Below are positions 1 to 7,295 of a DNA stretch of 37,403 nt, piece after piece; the first letter of the stretch is position 1; the number at the start of each line of letters is the position of its first letter. Source of the stretch: an uncultured virus (IMG/VR IMGVR_UViG_2687453420_000004). Lineage: Duplodnaviria > Heunggongvirae > Uroviricota > Caudoviricetes. Under the pieces are notes generated by a model that was not told the DNA's origin, did not search any database, and was given only the letters and a program-made list of their open reading frames with translations. Made by a program: the position numbers and the translations under genes. The DNA is taken from IMG/VR virus record IMGVR_UViG_2687453420_000004. One strand, given 5' to 3'.

Positions 1-1
1 T

Positions 2-139
2 GAAACTGGATTATTGGTTTTAAAGGTTCCAAAGGAAGATATAAACTTAGATAAATTAAAAATGAAGGTTTGTCAGCAATATGCTCTAAAAGAATTTGCA
101 GAAAATATCGTAATACTAGATACTGGCCATTCAAGGTGA
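2..139 (+). pseudogene. 5' part of interrupted host gene (probable FAD-dependent oxidoreductase, GidA-like family), truncated at attL
   Basis: Open frame from base 2 reads ETGLLVLKVPKEDINLDKLKMKVCQQYALKEFAENIVILDTGH, then SR-stop (TGA 137-139) in phage DNA. It continues seamlessly with the frame at 37300. The family call is from recalled clostridial protein motifs. Confidence 0.8.
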
Positions 140-155
140 ACATAAATGCAACATT
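103..155. other. attL (host half-site, CAT core 128-130, phage arm TCAAGGTGAACATAAATGCAACATT)
   Basis: The phage arm 131-155 is an imperfect inverted repeat of 37274-37298, and the host reading frame breaks here. Confidence 0.9.
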
Positions 156-405
156 TAAAAAGATTTTTAAAACAATTGAAACTAATGAATCTGTAGCCTA
201 TTCTAGACTACCTGAAGACACCATAGCTGAAAAAATTTATAAATTAAGAATGATTAAAGGATGCACTCAACGTGAATTTGCTAAAATGTGTTCAATTGGA
301 TATTCAAGTTTATGTAAATATGAATTAGGGTTTAATCCTAGTATTAAAAACTTAAATAAAATTAGTAATGCATTCAATATTGATATAGGCTATTTTTTAA
401 AGTAG
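130..405 (+). CDS. Xre/Cro-C1 HTH domain (91 aa), the C-terminal part of the integrase in the excised (attP) form; no convincing start of its own
   Basis: KIYKLRMIKGCTQREFAKMCSIGYSSLCKYELGFNPSIKNLNKISNAFNI is a canonical Xre HTH. It is in frame with the integrase when the ends are joined. Confidence 0.85.
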   Translation, partial: FKVNINATFKKIFKTIETNESVAYSRLPEDTIAEKIYKLRMIKGCTQREFAKMCSIGYSSLCKYELGFNPSIKNLNKISNAFNIDIGYFLK

Positions 406-432
406 GAAATTTTATTAATTTCCTACTTTTTT
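399..432. terminator. Bidirectional intrinsic terminator
   Basis: AAAGTAGGAAAT-7 nt-ATTTCCTACTTT followed by a T tract, between convergent ORFs. Confidence 0.75.
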
Positions 433-498
433 ATTTTTAGTTTTTATTATTAATATAACCCTTGTTTTTTTACCAGATTTAGCTTGTCTTTTTTTCAT
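415..498 (-). CDS. Unannotated 27-aa basic micropeptide MKKRQAKSGKKTRVILIIKTKNKKVGN
   Basis: ATG preceded by a GGGGGAA RBS. Has its own sigma-A promoter and LexA box upstream and a terminator downstream. Confidence 0.65.
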   Translation of the reverse strand: MKKRQAKSGKKTRVILIIKTKNKKVGN

Positions 499-539
499 AT
501 GTATTCCCCCGGTAATCACTAATTTTACTTTACTACTAA

Positions 540-581
540 ATTATACCTCTAATAACCCAAACACTCAAGAACATTTGTTCG
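540..581 (-). promoter_or_regulatory. Sigma-A promoter (TTGAGT-17-TATAAT) with abutting LexA/Cheo box CGAACAAATGTTCT
   Basis: -10 at 540-545, -35 at 563-568, GAAC-N4-GTTC at 569-580. Confidence 0.8.
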
Positions 582-767
582 AGTAAAATATTTTAAATAT
601 TACTTTAAAGTTCTTATAATCTAGTATTTTCCTTTAATGCTATTATACATCAAAAAATATTCATACCATGAATATCGTTCGTCTTTTTACCACAATTTTC
701 TTATTTATTATTGCTATATTTTGTCGTAAAATTAAAAAGAATAGGATATTTACACGAGGTGATACAA

Positions 768-1004
768 ATGATAAGGATTTTCCGTGAACATAAAGGAATT
801 AGGCAAGAAGATTTAGCAAGCAGATTAGGTATAACACAACCTTATTTAAGTAAATTGGAAAATAACTCTATATATAAGATTAATGTTAATGTAGATCTTA
901 TAGAAAACTTAGCAATGGAACTTAATGTTTGTCCAATAGCTGTATTTTTGTATTTTTTAAATGTCAATATTTCATGTCCTTTTTATTTAAAAAAGACACA
1001 ATAA
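768..1004 (+). CDS. Xre-family HTH regulator
   Basis: REHKGIRQEDLASRLGITQPYLSKLEN motif. The GAGGTG RBS places the start at ATG 768 rather than 711. Confidence 0.85.
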   Translation: MIRIFREHKGIRQEDLASRLGITQPYLSKLENNSIYKINVNVDLIENLAMELNVCPIAVFLYFLNVNISCPFYLKKTQ

Positions 1005-1080
1005 CATGAATTGAAACTTATAACTTTATTAACTGCTATAAACTTATTTTATATAAAGTAAGTTTATAGGAGGATCTATT

Positions 1081-1359
1081 ATGTTTGGGGATAGACTTAG
1101 AGAATTAAGAGAAGAAAAACAACTTACACAAGAGGAACTTGGTAAGTTACTGAATGTTTCTCGTCAAGCGGTATCTAGCTATGAAAAGGGAGAAAATGAA
1201 CCAACTATAGATGCATTGGTTAAAATTGCGAATATATTTAATGTGAGCTTAGATTATTTATTGGGTAGAACAAAAGAGAGATATAATTTAAATCTAAAAG
1301 ATAAAAAGAATAAGGAATTATTATTAGATTTAATAAAAGTAATAGATAAGCATAAATAA
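1081..1359 (+). CDS. Xre-family HTH regulator
   Basis: MFGDRLRELREEKQLTQEELGKLLNVSRQAVSSYEKGENEP; AGGAGG RBS. Confidence 0.92.
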   Translation: MFGDRLRELREEKQLTQEELGKLLNVSRQAVSSYEKGENEPTIDALVKIANIFNVSLDYLLGRTKERYNLNLKDKKNKELLLDLIKVIDKHK

Positions 1360-1391
1360 AAACTCTAAAGGTTAACCCTCTAGAGTTTTTT
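1358..1391. terminator. Bidirectional terminator
   Basis: AAAACTCTA...TAGAGTTTT hairpin between convergent genes. Confidence 0.7.
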
Positions 1392-1395
1392 ATAT

Positions 1396-1914
1396 TTATT
1401 TTCCCTCTTTGATCAATTTATCAAATATTTTTTGGTATTCTTCTTTACCAAAAGTACCACTATCAAATGTCAAAAAATTATCTACACTTTCTTTAGAAGT
1501 GTACATTAAAATGCCACCTAATTGCTTAGTTGTAAATGCTATTCTTTTATAACAATTATATTTTTTATCACTGCTAACAATTCCTGATATAACATTAGAA
1601 TATGTGTAAAAATCTTTTATTTTTTGTTCCACACTTCCATCCTTAGTATTCAATTCTACAAATAATCCTTTATCATCACCTTCTCCATCTTCCCTTAATT
1701 GAGTAATCTCTAAAGGAATTACGGTTGAAAGTCCTTTATTTAATTCTGTATTTTTTAAATCTATTGATTCTTTTTTTTCATCTTTTTTATCTTCCTGTTT
1801 TAAATCCTGGTTAATATTTTCTTTATTATATTCCTTAGTTGTTTGTTTAGATCCACAAGCAACTAATCCTAAGGCTAAAACTCCTGCTATTAATATAGAT
1901 ATTAGTTTTTTCAT
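1396..1914 (-). CDS. Lipoprotein (moron)
   Basis: Signal peptide with LVAC lipobox, charged linker, GAGGGGG RBS, and an upstream TGTTATAAT extended -10. Confidence 0.85.
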   Translation of the reverse strand: MKKLISILIAGVLALGLVACGSKQTTKEYNKENINQDLKQEDKKDEKKESIDLKNTELNKGLSTVIPLEITQLREDGEGDDKGLFVELNTKDGSVEQKIKDFYTYSNVISGIVSSDKKYNCYKRIAFTTKQLGGILMYTSKESVDNFLTFDSGTFGKEEYQKIFDKLIKEGK

Positions 1915-1995
1915 GTACTAATCCCCCTCTTAGTAATATAGCTTAATTATAACAAAAATGTTATATTTGTAAATAAATAAACAAATCTTGTATAT

Positions 1996-2031
1996 AAAAA
2001 AAGTAGTTCCACTTGGGAAACTACCTTTTTG
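1996..2031. terminator. Intrinsic terminator
   Basis: AGTAGTTCC...GGAAACTACC stem with A and T tracts on both sides. Confidence 0.6.
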
Positions 2032-2034
2032 TTT

Positions 2035-2280
2035 TTACTTTAATTCTGTTAATTTAATAATTTTATTTGTATTTGGTTGTCGAAAATAAATAAATTTTTC
2101 TTCTTGATGTACATCATATATAGATGTCCACAACGGTCTATTCTTGTCTAGACAATACATATATTCTCCATTCTCTGGACAATTATCGTCCGCAGGTTCA
2201 ATTGCTCTAGCAACACCGATAAATCTTGTACATGCTCCAATTAACAAGCCTACTATTAAATATCTTATTCCCTTTCGCAT
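2035..2280 (-). CDS. Small secreted or membrane-anchored hypothetical protein
   Basis: Hydrophobic N-terminus; overlaps the upstream gene in an operon. Confidence 0.7.
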   Translation of the reverse strand: MRKGIRYLIVGLLIGACTRFIGVARAIEPADDNCPENGEYMYCLDKNRPLWTSIYDVHQEEKFIYFRQPNTNKIIKLTELK

Positions 2281-2459
2281 TTTAAATTCCCTTCTCTTTC
2301 TTTTAATAAATTCCTAAGTTCTTCTATATCTTCTAGTGTTGCTTTATTCCTTATAAAGCTTCTAGCACTGCTTCTGCTTTTTAAATAGCTTGCATACTCT
2401 CTATTTTTTTTCTCCCAATTTTGATTTGCTATTGTTTGTTTGGATTTTTCTTCAGTCAT
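2265..2459 (-). CDS. Small basic conserved phage protein, possibly DNA-binding
   Basis: AGGAGG RBS; ANQNWEKKNREYASYLKSRSSARSFIRNKATLEDIEEL resembles small Firmicute phage proteins. Confidence 0.8.
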   Translation of the reverse strand: MTEEKSKQTIANQNWEKKNREYASYLKSRSSARSFIRNKATLEDIEELRNLLKEREGNLKCERE

Positions 2460-2461
2460 AA

Positions 2462-2617
2462 CTATTTCCTCCTAGACAATATTATGTTTAATATTAATGC
2501 TATAATTAACAATGTAAATTTCATACAATCTAATAGAGATGGATTTATAAAATCTCCATTGAATATATTTAAAATAACTATAGCAATTAAAATTATAGTG
2601 ATATACTTTTGTTTCAT
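2462..2617 (-). CDS. Unannotated 51-aa two-TM membrane peptide (MKQKYITIILIAIVILNIFNGDFINPSLLDCMKFTLLIIALILNIILSRRK)
   Basis: Hand translation gives two hydrophobic helices. Its 3' end supplies the RBS of the next gene, but it has no clear RBS of its own. Confidence 0.6.
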   Translation of the reverse strand: MKQKYITIILIAIVILNIFNGDFINPSLLDCMKFTLLIIALILNIILSRRK

Positions 2618-2641
2618 ATTTTTAAGTGGTTGTGTTATAAT
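2613..2641 (+). promoter_or_regulatory. Antisense sigma-A promoter (TTCATA-17-TATAAT, extended -10)
   Basis: Points into the small hydrophobic peptide gene on the opposite strand, with no credible + strand CDS downstream. Confidence 0.6.
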
Positions 2642-2678
2642 ATATTTAAAAGGTTGGGGGATTTCTCCCCCTTTTAGC

Positions 2679-2777
2679 TTAGGACTTCTTGTTATTGTTT
2701 TTTAGTTCATTGACCAATGTGCAGATTGTTAGAACTAATACAACAATTTCAAGTAAGTCCTTTATTGTTTCAACCAC
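2679..2777 (-). CDS. Unannotated 32-aa type I toxin-like peptide MVETIKDLLEIVVLVLTICTLVNELKNNNKKS
   Basis: GGAGGTG RBS, GTG start, one hydrophobic helix and a Lys/Asn tail, followed by a GC hairpin (2648-2675). Confidence 0.7.
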   Translation of the reverse strand: MVETIKDLLEIVVLVLTICTLVNELKNNNKKS

Positions 2778-2801
2778 TTATCTCACCTCCCTACAATTAT
2801 A

Positions 2802-2830
2802 ATTATACTACGTGTAGTATAAGAAGTCAA
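2802..2830 (-). promoter_or_regulatory. Sigma-A promoter (TTGACT-17-TATAAT) overlapped by the 20-bp palindrome TTATACTAC-GT-GTAGTATAA
   Basis: Read directly from the sequence; palindrome at 2803-2822. Confidence 0.8.
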
Positions 2831-2875
2831 CACCTTTTTATGAATTTTTTATATAATTTATAACAATTTTTCCAA

Positions 2876-2912
2876 TAAAAAAAGAGGTACTCCCATAAAA
2901 GAGAGTACCTTT
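2876..2912 (-). terminator. Terminator after endolysin
   Basis: AGGTACTC...GAGTACCT stem with a T tract on the - strand. Confidence 0.7.
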
Positions 2913-2916
2913 AAAA

Positions 2917-3681
2917 TTAATCTGTTAATCTTTTTCTACCGCCATTACCTTTATTGTCATTCCAGTAGCAATCCATGAATCCTTTACCGATTGCTATATA
3001 ATTCCCCCTATCTTTGTGTATTATTAATCTTCCATCTGTAGCCTGTTCTATGTATCCAGTAGTTCCTGGAATTTTAAATATAGTTTCTCCTGTTGGTATA
3101 GTCTTATCATCATATTTTGGTTTTTCCACTTTTACCACTTCCTTTGGTTTATTTGGTGTCGCTACTGTAGTACCTACTAGTCCTTTAACTATAGCATTAG
3201 CCATATTTTCAGCATTATATCTATTTATATCTCCTGCATTATCGCAGAAACAACATTCTATTAGCATGGCTTTAGCTTTTGTATGTTTTAATACATAAAG
3301 ACCAGAACCATCTTTTAACCCTCTATTTGTATAGCCTAAAGCACAAATATTATTTAATACCGCTCTAGCTTGCGGTAATTCTTTCCCTCCATATGTGAAT
3401 ACTTCTGTACCATAAGCACTACCGTTATAACAATTAAAATGAATAGATACATATAAATCTACATTGTTATTATTGGCTGTATTAGTTCTATAACTTAAAC
3501 TATCATTTAGGCTAGAACAACTATCCTTATAACACTTAATAACTGTATGCCCTAATGCTTGTAATTTACTTATTACTTTTGTTCCTACTTCTCTAGTTAA
3601 ATTAGATTCTGCTTTTATTCCTACTGCTCCATAATCTGCTCCTGACATTGTATGCCCACAATCTATTCCGTATGTAGCCAT
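2917..3681 (-). CDS. Endolysin, N-acetylmuramoyl-L-alanine amidase (Amidase_3) with C-terminal binding domain
   Basis: IDCGH, E, SIHFN and LIECCFCDN zinc-amidase motifs; follows the holins. Confidence 0.95.
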   Translation of the reverse strand: MATYGIDCGHTMSGADYGAVGIKAESNLTREVGTKVISKLQALGHTVIKCYKDSCSSLNDSLSYRTNTANNNNVDLYVSIHFNCYNGSAYGTEVFTYGGKELPQARAVLNNICALGYTNRGLKDGSGLYVLKHTKAKAMLIECCFCDNAGDINRYNAENMANAIVKGLVGTTVATPNKPKEVVKVEKPKYDDKTIPTGETIFKIPGTTGYIEQATDGRLIIHKDRGNYIAIGKGFMDCYWNDNKGNGGRKRLTD

Positions 3682-3723
3682 TTAACACTCCTCCTAAAAT
3701 TTAATATAAAAAAAGAACAGGCA

Positions 3724-3933
3724 TTAATCCTGCTCTTTACTTTCTTTTACCGCTTGTCTAGCTGAACTTTGTCCAAAGTAAAACCCTATTATTAATGTAA
3801 ATACAGAAAGAAATTCCGTACTGGATAGATTCCCTTTTGCGCTTAAAATGCAAAATACTATAGTAGTTAATAATGCTATTATCTTTTTTATCTGTAGAAA
3901 TTGTTTTAGAAATTCCATATTATTTTCTTTCAT
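3724..3933 (-). CDS. Holin
   Basis: Two TM helices, GFYFGQS motif, charged tail; immediately upstream of the endolysin. Confidence 0.8.
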   Translation of the reverse strand: MKENNMEFLKQFLQIKKIIALLTTIVFCILSAKGNLSSTEFLSVFTLIIGFYFGQSSARQAVKESKEQD

Positions 3934-3936
3934 ATA

Positions 3937-4215
3937 CTAGTCCTCCTTTTCTAATCCATCAATTCTATGGTGAGCACTCTTAGTACTCTCTTCTACTTTA
4001 ATTAGCCTAGTATTAACGTCTTCTATCTTCCTATCTGCTGCTTTTAGATCTAATCTTATATCATCTACACCTTTTGAAATATAATCTAATTTTAAAGCAG
4101 TTATTCCTTCATTTTTCCCTTCTTCTTTATTATCCTTTTCTTTAAGTCTTTTATATCCTAAATAGCTTAATGCAGCACCTAAAATAGTGTACAGTATTGA
4201 CATTTCAATATTCAT
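3937..4215 (-). CDS. Lysis-module membrane/coiled-coil protein (holin-associated)
   Basis: N-terminal TM followed by KLDYISKGVDDI...VEESTKSAHHRID. Confidence 0.7.
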   Translation of the reverse strand: MNIEMSILYTILGAALSYLGYKRLKEKDNKEEGKNEGITALKLDYISKGVDDIRLDLKAADRKIEDVNTRLIKVEESTKSAHHRIDGLEKED

Positions 4216-4285
4216 ATGTCACCTCTCTTAATTAAAAATAGGCAAAATAAAAACACCTATTCGGTGCATACTTTGCCTTTATAAT

Positions 4286-4432
4286 TTATTCTACTTCAAA
4301 ATATATCTTTGTTATTTTATAATACTCATCTGGGGTTATTTCTCCAAACGGAAACTTTTCCGTCTTAACTGCTCCTTTTAATTGTTCAGCATCTATCCAA
4401 TTTTGTTCAAAAGCTAAAATCCAAAATTCCAT
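4286..4432 (-). CDS. XkdX-family small protein (48 aa, unannotated)
   Basis: MEFWILAFEQNWIDAEQLKGAVKTEKFPFGEITPDEYYKITKIYFEVE; GGAGG RBS; TAATG coupling to the upstream gene. Confidence 0.8.
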   Translation of the reverse strand: MEFWILAFEQNWIDAEQLKGAVKTEKFPFGEITPDEYYKITKIYFEVE

Positions 4433-4632
4433 TATAAATTACCTCCTCTGCTTTGTAACATTTCTAATTTTATTTGAGTTAATTCTTTACCTAAATTATT
4501 TATTATAGCATCTTTTTGCATATTCTTAATTTTTTCTTGTGTTAGTTGTTGTCCTAAACTTTGCAATGTAAGATTATTTTTTTCTTTTTCCTCTCTTTTT
4601 TTTATTATTGTGTTATTAATATAAATTCCCAT
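4432..4632 (-). CDS. Small coiled-coil tail-associated protein
   Basis: LGQQLTQEK/LGKELTQIK repeat; lies between the fibre gene and XkdX. Confidence 0.7.
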   Translation of the reverse strand: MGIYINNTIIKKREEKEKNNLTLQSLGQQLTQEKIKNMQKDAIINNLGKELTQIKLEMLQSRGGNL

Positions 4633-4652
4633 ATTTGTACCTCCTAATATTC

Positions 4653-7295
4653 TTAGTAGTTATAGTAATATAATGTTGTCAATTTAGTATTTCTTCCTTT
4701 GATATTTATGTCTCTTTGTGATTCTGCTTTTGTAAATTGTGCATCATATTCATAATAGTCTTCTGTTATATCTAATGGTTTTACTGTTGCTATTTCTTCT
4801 CCTGCTTTTACTTCTAAGTCGTAGTCTAGAAATTTGATTGTCTCCCCCGCATGGGCTGAGATTGGTTTATCTAGGGTTAATTTATTATCCCTCGGTTCTT
4901 CCATAGTATAATCTGACCTTAGCATTACTCTATCTGTTTTACTAGATGCGTCATACTCTAGCAACAATAATCCTGGGTATTGACCATAGGCATATGGGTT
5001 ATAGTCTACCACTTCAAAGATATGTTCTGAATCTCGACTAGCTACTTGGGTAACTTGACTAATGTCGCCCCACTCCTTCTCGATTGCTACTGTTGATGTT
5101 TGATTTATTATTCCGTCTGAGAATGAGTACAATAACATGAAACCGTGTAATTTATCATAAGTTAGTCTAAGGAACGGTATTCTACTGTACTCTGGGGTTA
5201 GTGTAGCCCAATAACTCTGGTATGAACCTTTCTCTTTTGTCTGAGTATACGTTGCAACTTTCATTTTATTTGCACCTTCTTGATAACTGTAAGCAATTAT
5301 CCAAGTATGCTTTCCGTTCTCCCCCTGAAATAACCTACTATATACACATGAGTTAACTGCATTTATACCATCTTTAAAAACTCGACCCACATTACTTATT
5401 TGTCCTGAAGCTGTATATATAGCCTCTACTAATTGTAATTGCGTTTCATCATATTTCTTTACAAAACTTATAGATATGTTACCCTCACGAAAATCTTGTA
5501 TATCAGTCACATATGGAAAGCTGACATTGTTGTTATTTTCATCGTTAAACATCACACTTCTAGCATCGATAGTTATCTTGTCTGGATTTGACATGTTAAA
5601 CCAATAACCTACGATATTGTAAGTACTGGTACTTAAGTTCAGTTCCTTAGTTGCTACGACTAGGTGATTTGTTTTACTATCCACGGTAGCGCTTACTGAC
5701 ATGACTGAGTTATCCATAGCTACACTTTGAAACTTAGATTTATTTGTATCAGTGTTGATAGTTAAGAAAGTTAATTCTCTAGGTTCAGCAATTACCATAT
5801 ATACCTTATTGTCTTTACCTGTTATAGCTACACTCTTTAAGGGGTTACTGTTCATTGACCCATGAGCTTTAGGCGCTGTTCCATCTAAGGCAATACTTCT
5901 AATATTAATACCGTACTTAGGTGATGTTGTTCTAGTGTGTATGTCTGGAAAATATATTCTTCCATTATGGACATAAGATTTTTGACCTCTTCCCATAGCA
6001 AACAATTGGGTTGGCTTTTCTACATCTTCTTGAGTAATTAATTCCGCTACTACATTAACTTCTTTTGCTCCACCTATTATACTTGATATTGTATATATTT
6101 CTTTATCCTTTATTAGTCTATCCCCCACGACTGGTGCTTTTGTTGATGTTGTATATTCTAATTCCTTACTATTTAGTGTATTCCATTCCGTAGTTGTTAA
6201 GCTATTCATAACTTGAGGGACTAGTCTTAGCCTTGAGTTCTCTGTCTCTGGAAATGTTTGTGGTTTCATTACTAAGGATTCTCCGCTTGTATATGATTTA
6301 ATAGGGTCAAACTGCTTTATCGTAATTGGTTCTGATAGCTTATATTTTTCTAATTCTCCCCCGATTACATAGAGTCCAAGCCATTCCTTAGCAAACCCAC
6401 CTGTTCCTTTGTGTCTTACTGTTATCTTATAATTGTTACCCGCCTTGAATGTTACTGGAAGTTTCATTGATCCTGTTGTATTGTCTACCATTTCAGATTG
6501 GTATTCAAATTTTTGTTGGGTGTAATTATATACTGACACATCCATTTGTTCTAATTGACCTTCGCCGTTATACTTGGTTTGTAAAGTAATTTCACCTTTT
6601 ACTGGCTCTGGATGTGTTCTATCTTCTGATGTTGGGTATACTGGTATTGGTTTTTCTGGTGGGTCTATTTCGATATACTCTAAAACTGGTCGCCAACCTG
6701 CATCCTTAAATGAAGCACTAGCACTATAATAGGTAACCTTGTTAACATTTGAATAACCTCTTTCCATTACGCTTCCACTAATAGTTTCCTGACATGTTGT
6801 CCAGATTCCCCACCAATTCCATAATTGGTTGTGTTGTCCATCTAATTGACCATAGGTGTTAGTATCTGTTAAATCTTCCTGTGTCGGCATTGGTAGACCT
6901 GATATATTATAGACATTACGGATAATACCAATCCACTCGTTCTCCGCTAGTACTCTAAGTTTATAGTCCTTTCCATCTATTGTAACTGGTGTTCCGTATA
7001 TCCTACCTAACTTGTTTAGGTAATCCCATGAGACATTAGTAAATATCACTCTATCGGATATATATAGGTGTTTGTTACCATCCTTTAAATGAATCCATGT
7101 TAAGTTATAGGTTTCATCCGTGTCTGAATTTCCAATATGACAAGTATCTCCCGATGCGTAGGCTCGTATATCGCCCTTACCACGTCCAGATAGGTCACCT
7201 GGGTAGCTATCTGTAATCCAGGGTCTAGTCGGTATTGCACGTATAACTCCGTTAGTTTTAAACGTTCCGAACTTTTCTTTCCCTATATACTCCAC
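4653..7295 (-). CDS. Putative receptor-binding/tail fibre protein (N-terminal C-type-lectin-like domain, beta-rich C-terminus)
   Basis: Position after the BppU-like gene; LWNWWG...RG...GWRPVLE motif; visibly more GC-rich codons. Confidence 0.7.
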   Translation of the reverse strand: MEYIGKEKFGTFKTNGVIRAIPTRPWITDSYPGDLSGRGKGDIRAYASGDTCHIGNSDTDETYNLTWIHLKDGNKHLYISDRVIFTNVSWDYLNKLGRIYGTPVTIDGKDYKLRVLAENEWIGIIRNVYNISGLPMPTQEDLTDTNTYGQLDGQHNQLWNWWGIWTTCQETISGSVMERGYSNVNKVTYYSASASFKDAGWRPVLEYIEIDPPEKPIPVYPTSEDRTHPEPVKGEITLQTKYNGEGQLEQMDVSVYNYTQQKFEYQSEMVDNTTGSMKLPVTFKAGNNYKITVRHKGTGGFAKEWLGLYVIGGELEKYKLSEPITIKQFDPIKSYTSGESLVMKPQTFPETENSRLRLVPQVMNSLTTTEWNTLNSKELEYTTSTKAPVVGDRLIKDKEIYTISSIIGGAKEVNVVAELITQEDVEKPTQLFAMGRGQKSYVHNGRIYFPDIHTRTTSPKYGINIRSIALDGTAPKAHGSMNSNPLKSVAITGKDNKVYMVIAEPRELTFLTINTDTNKSKFQSVAMDNSVMSVSATVDSKTNHLVVATKELNLSTSTYNIVGYWFNMSNPDKITIDARSVMFNDENNNNVSFPYVTDIQDFREGNISISFVKKYDETQLQLVEAIYTASGQISNVGRVFKDGINAVNSCVYSRLFQGENGKHTWIIAYSYQEGANKMKVATYTQTKEKGSYQSYWATLTPEYSRIPFLRLTYDKLHGFMLLYSFSDGIINQTSTVAIEKEWGDISQVTQVASRDSEHIFEVVDYNPYAYGQYPGLLLLEYDASSKTDRVMLRSDYTMEEPRDNKLTLDKPISAHAGETIKFLDYDLEVKAGEEIATVKPLDITEDYYEYDAQFTKAESQRDINIKGRNTKLTTLYYYNY

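Noticed and set aside
70..129. N-terminal 20 aa of ORF 70..405 (TTG start)
   Set aside because: It lies in host DNA left of the att core, overlapping the host gene in another frame. It is probably an artefact of the junction, although use of this TTG cannot be strictly excluded.
711..767. Upstream extensions of ORFs 711..1004, 35132..35596, 22812..23348 and 29664..30011
   Set aside because: Better RBS-linked starts lie downstream (768, 35222, 23279, 29975).
2421..2705. + strand 94-aa ORF
   Set aside because: No RBS, and it is antisense to credible - strand peptides.
415..2830. Arbitrium-type peptide signalling
   Set aside because: No TPR/RRNPP receptor gene, and the basic micropeptides lack signal-peptide architecture.
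4653..7295. Diversity-generating retroelement
   Set aside because: No reverse transcriptase or template repeat seen in the window.
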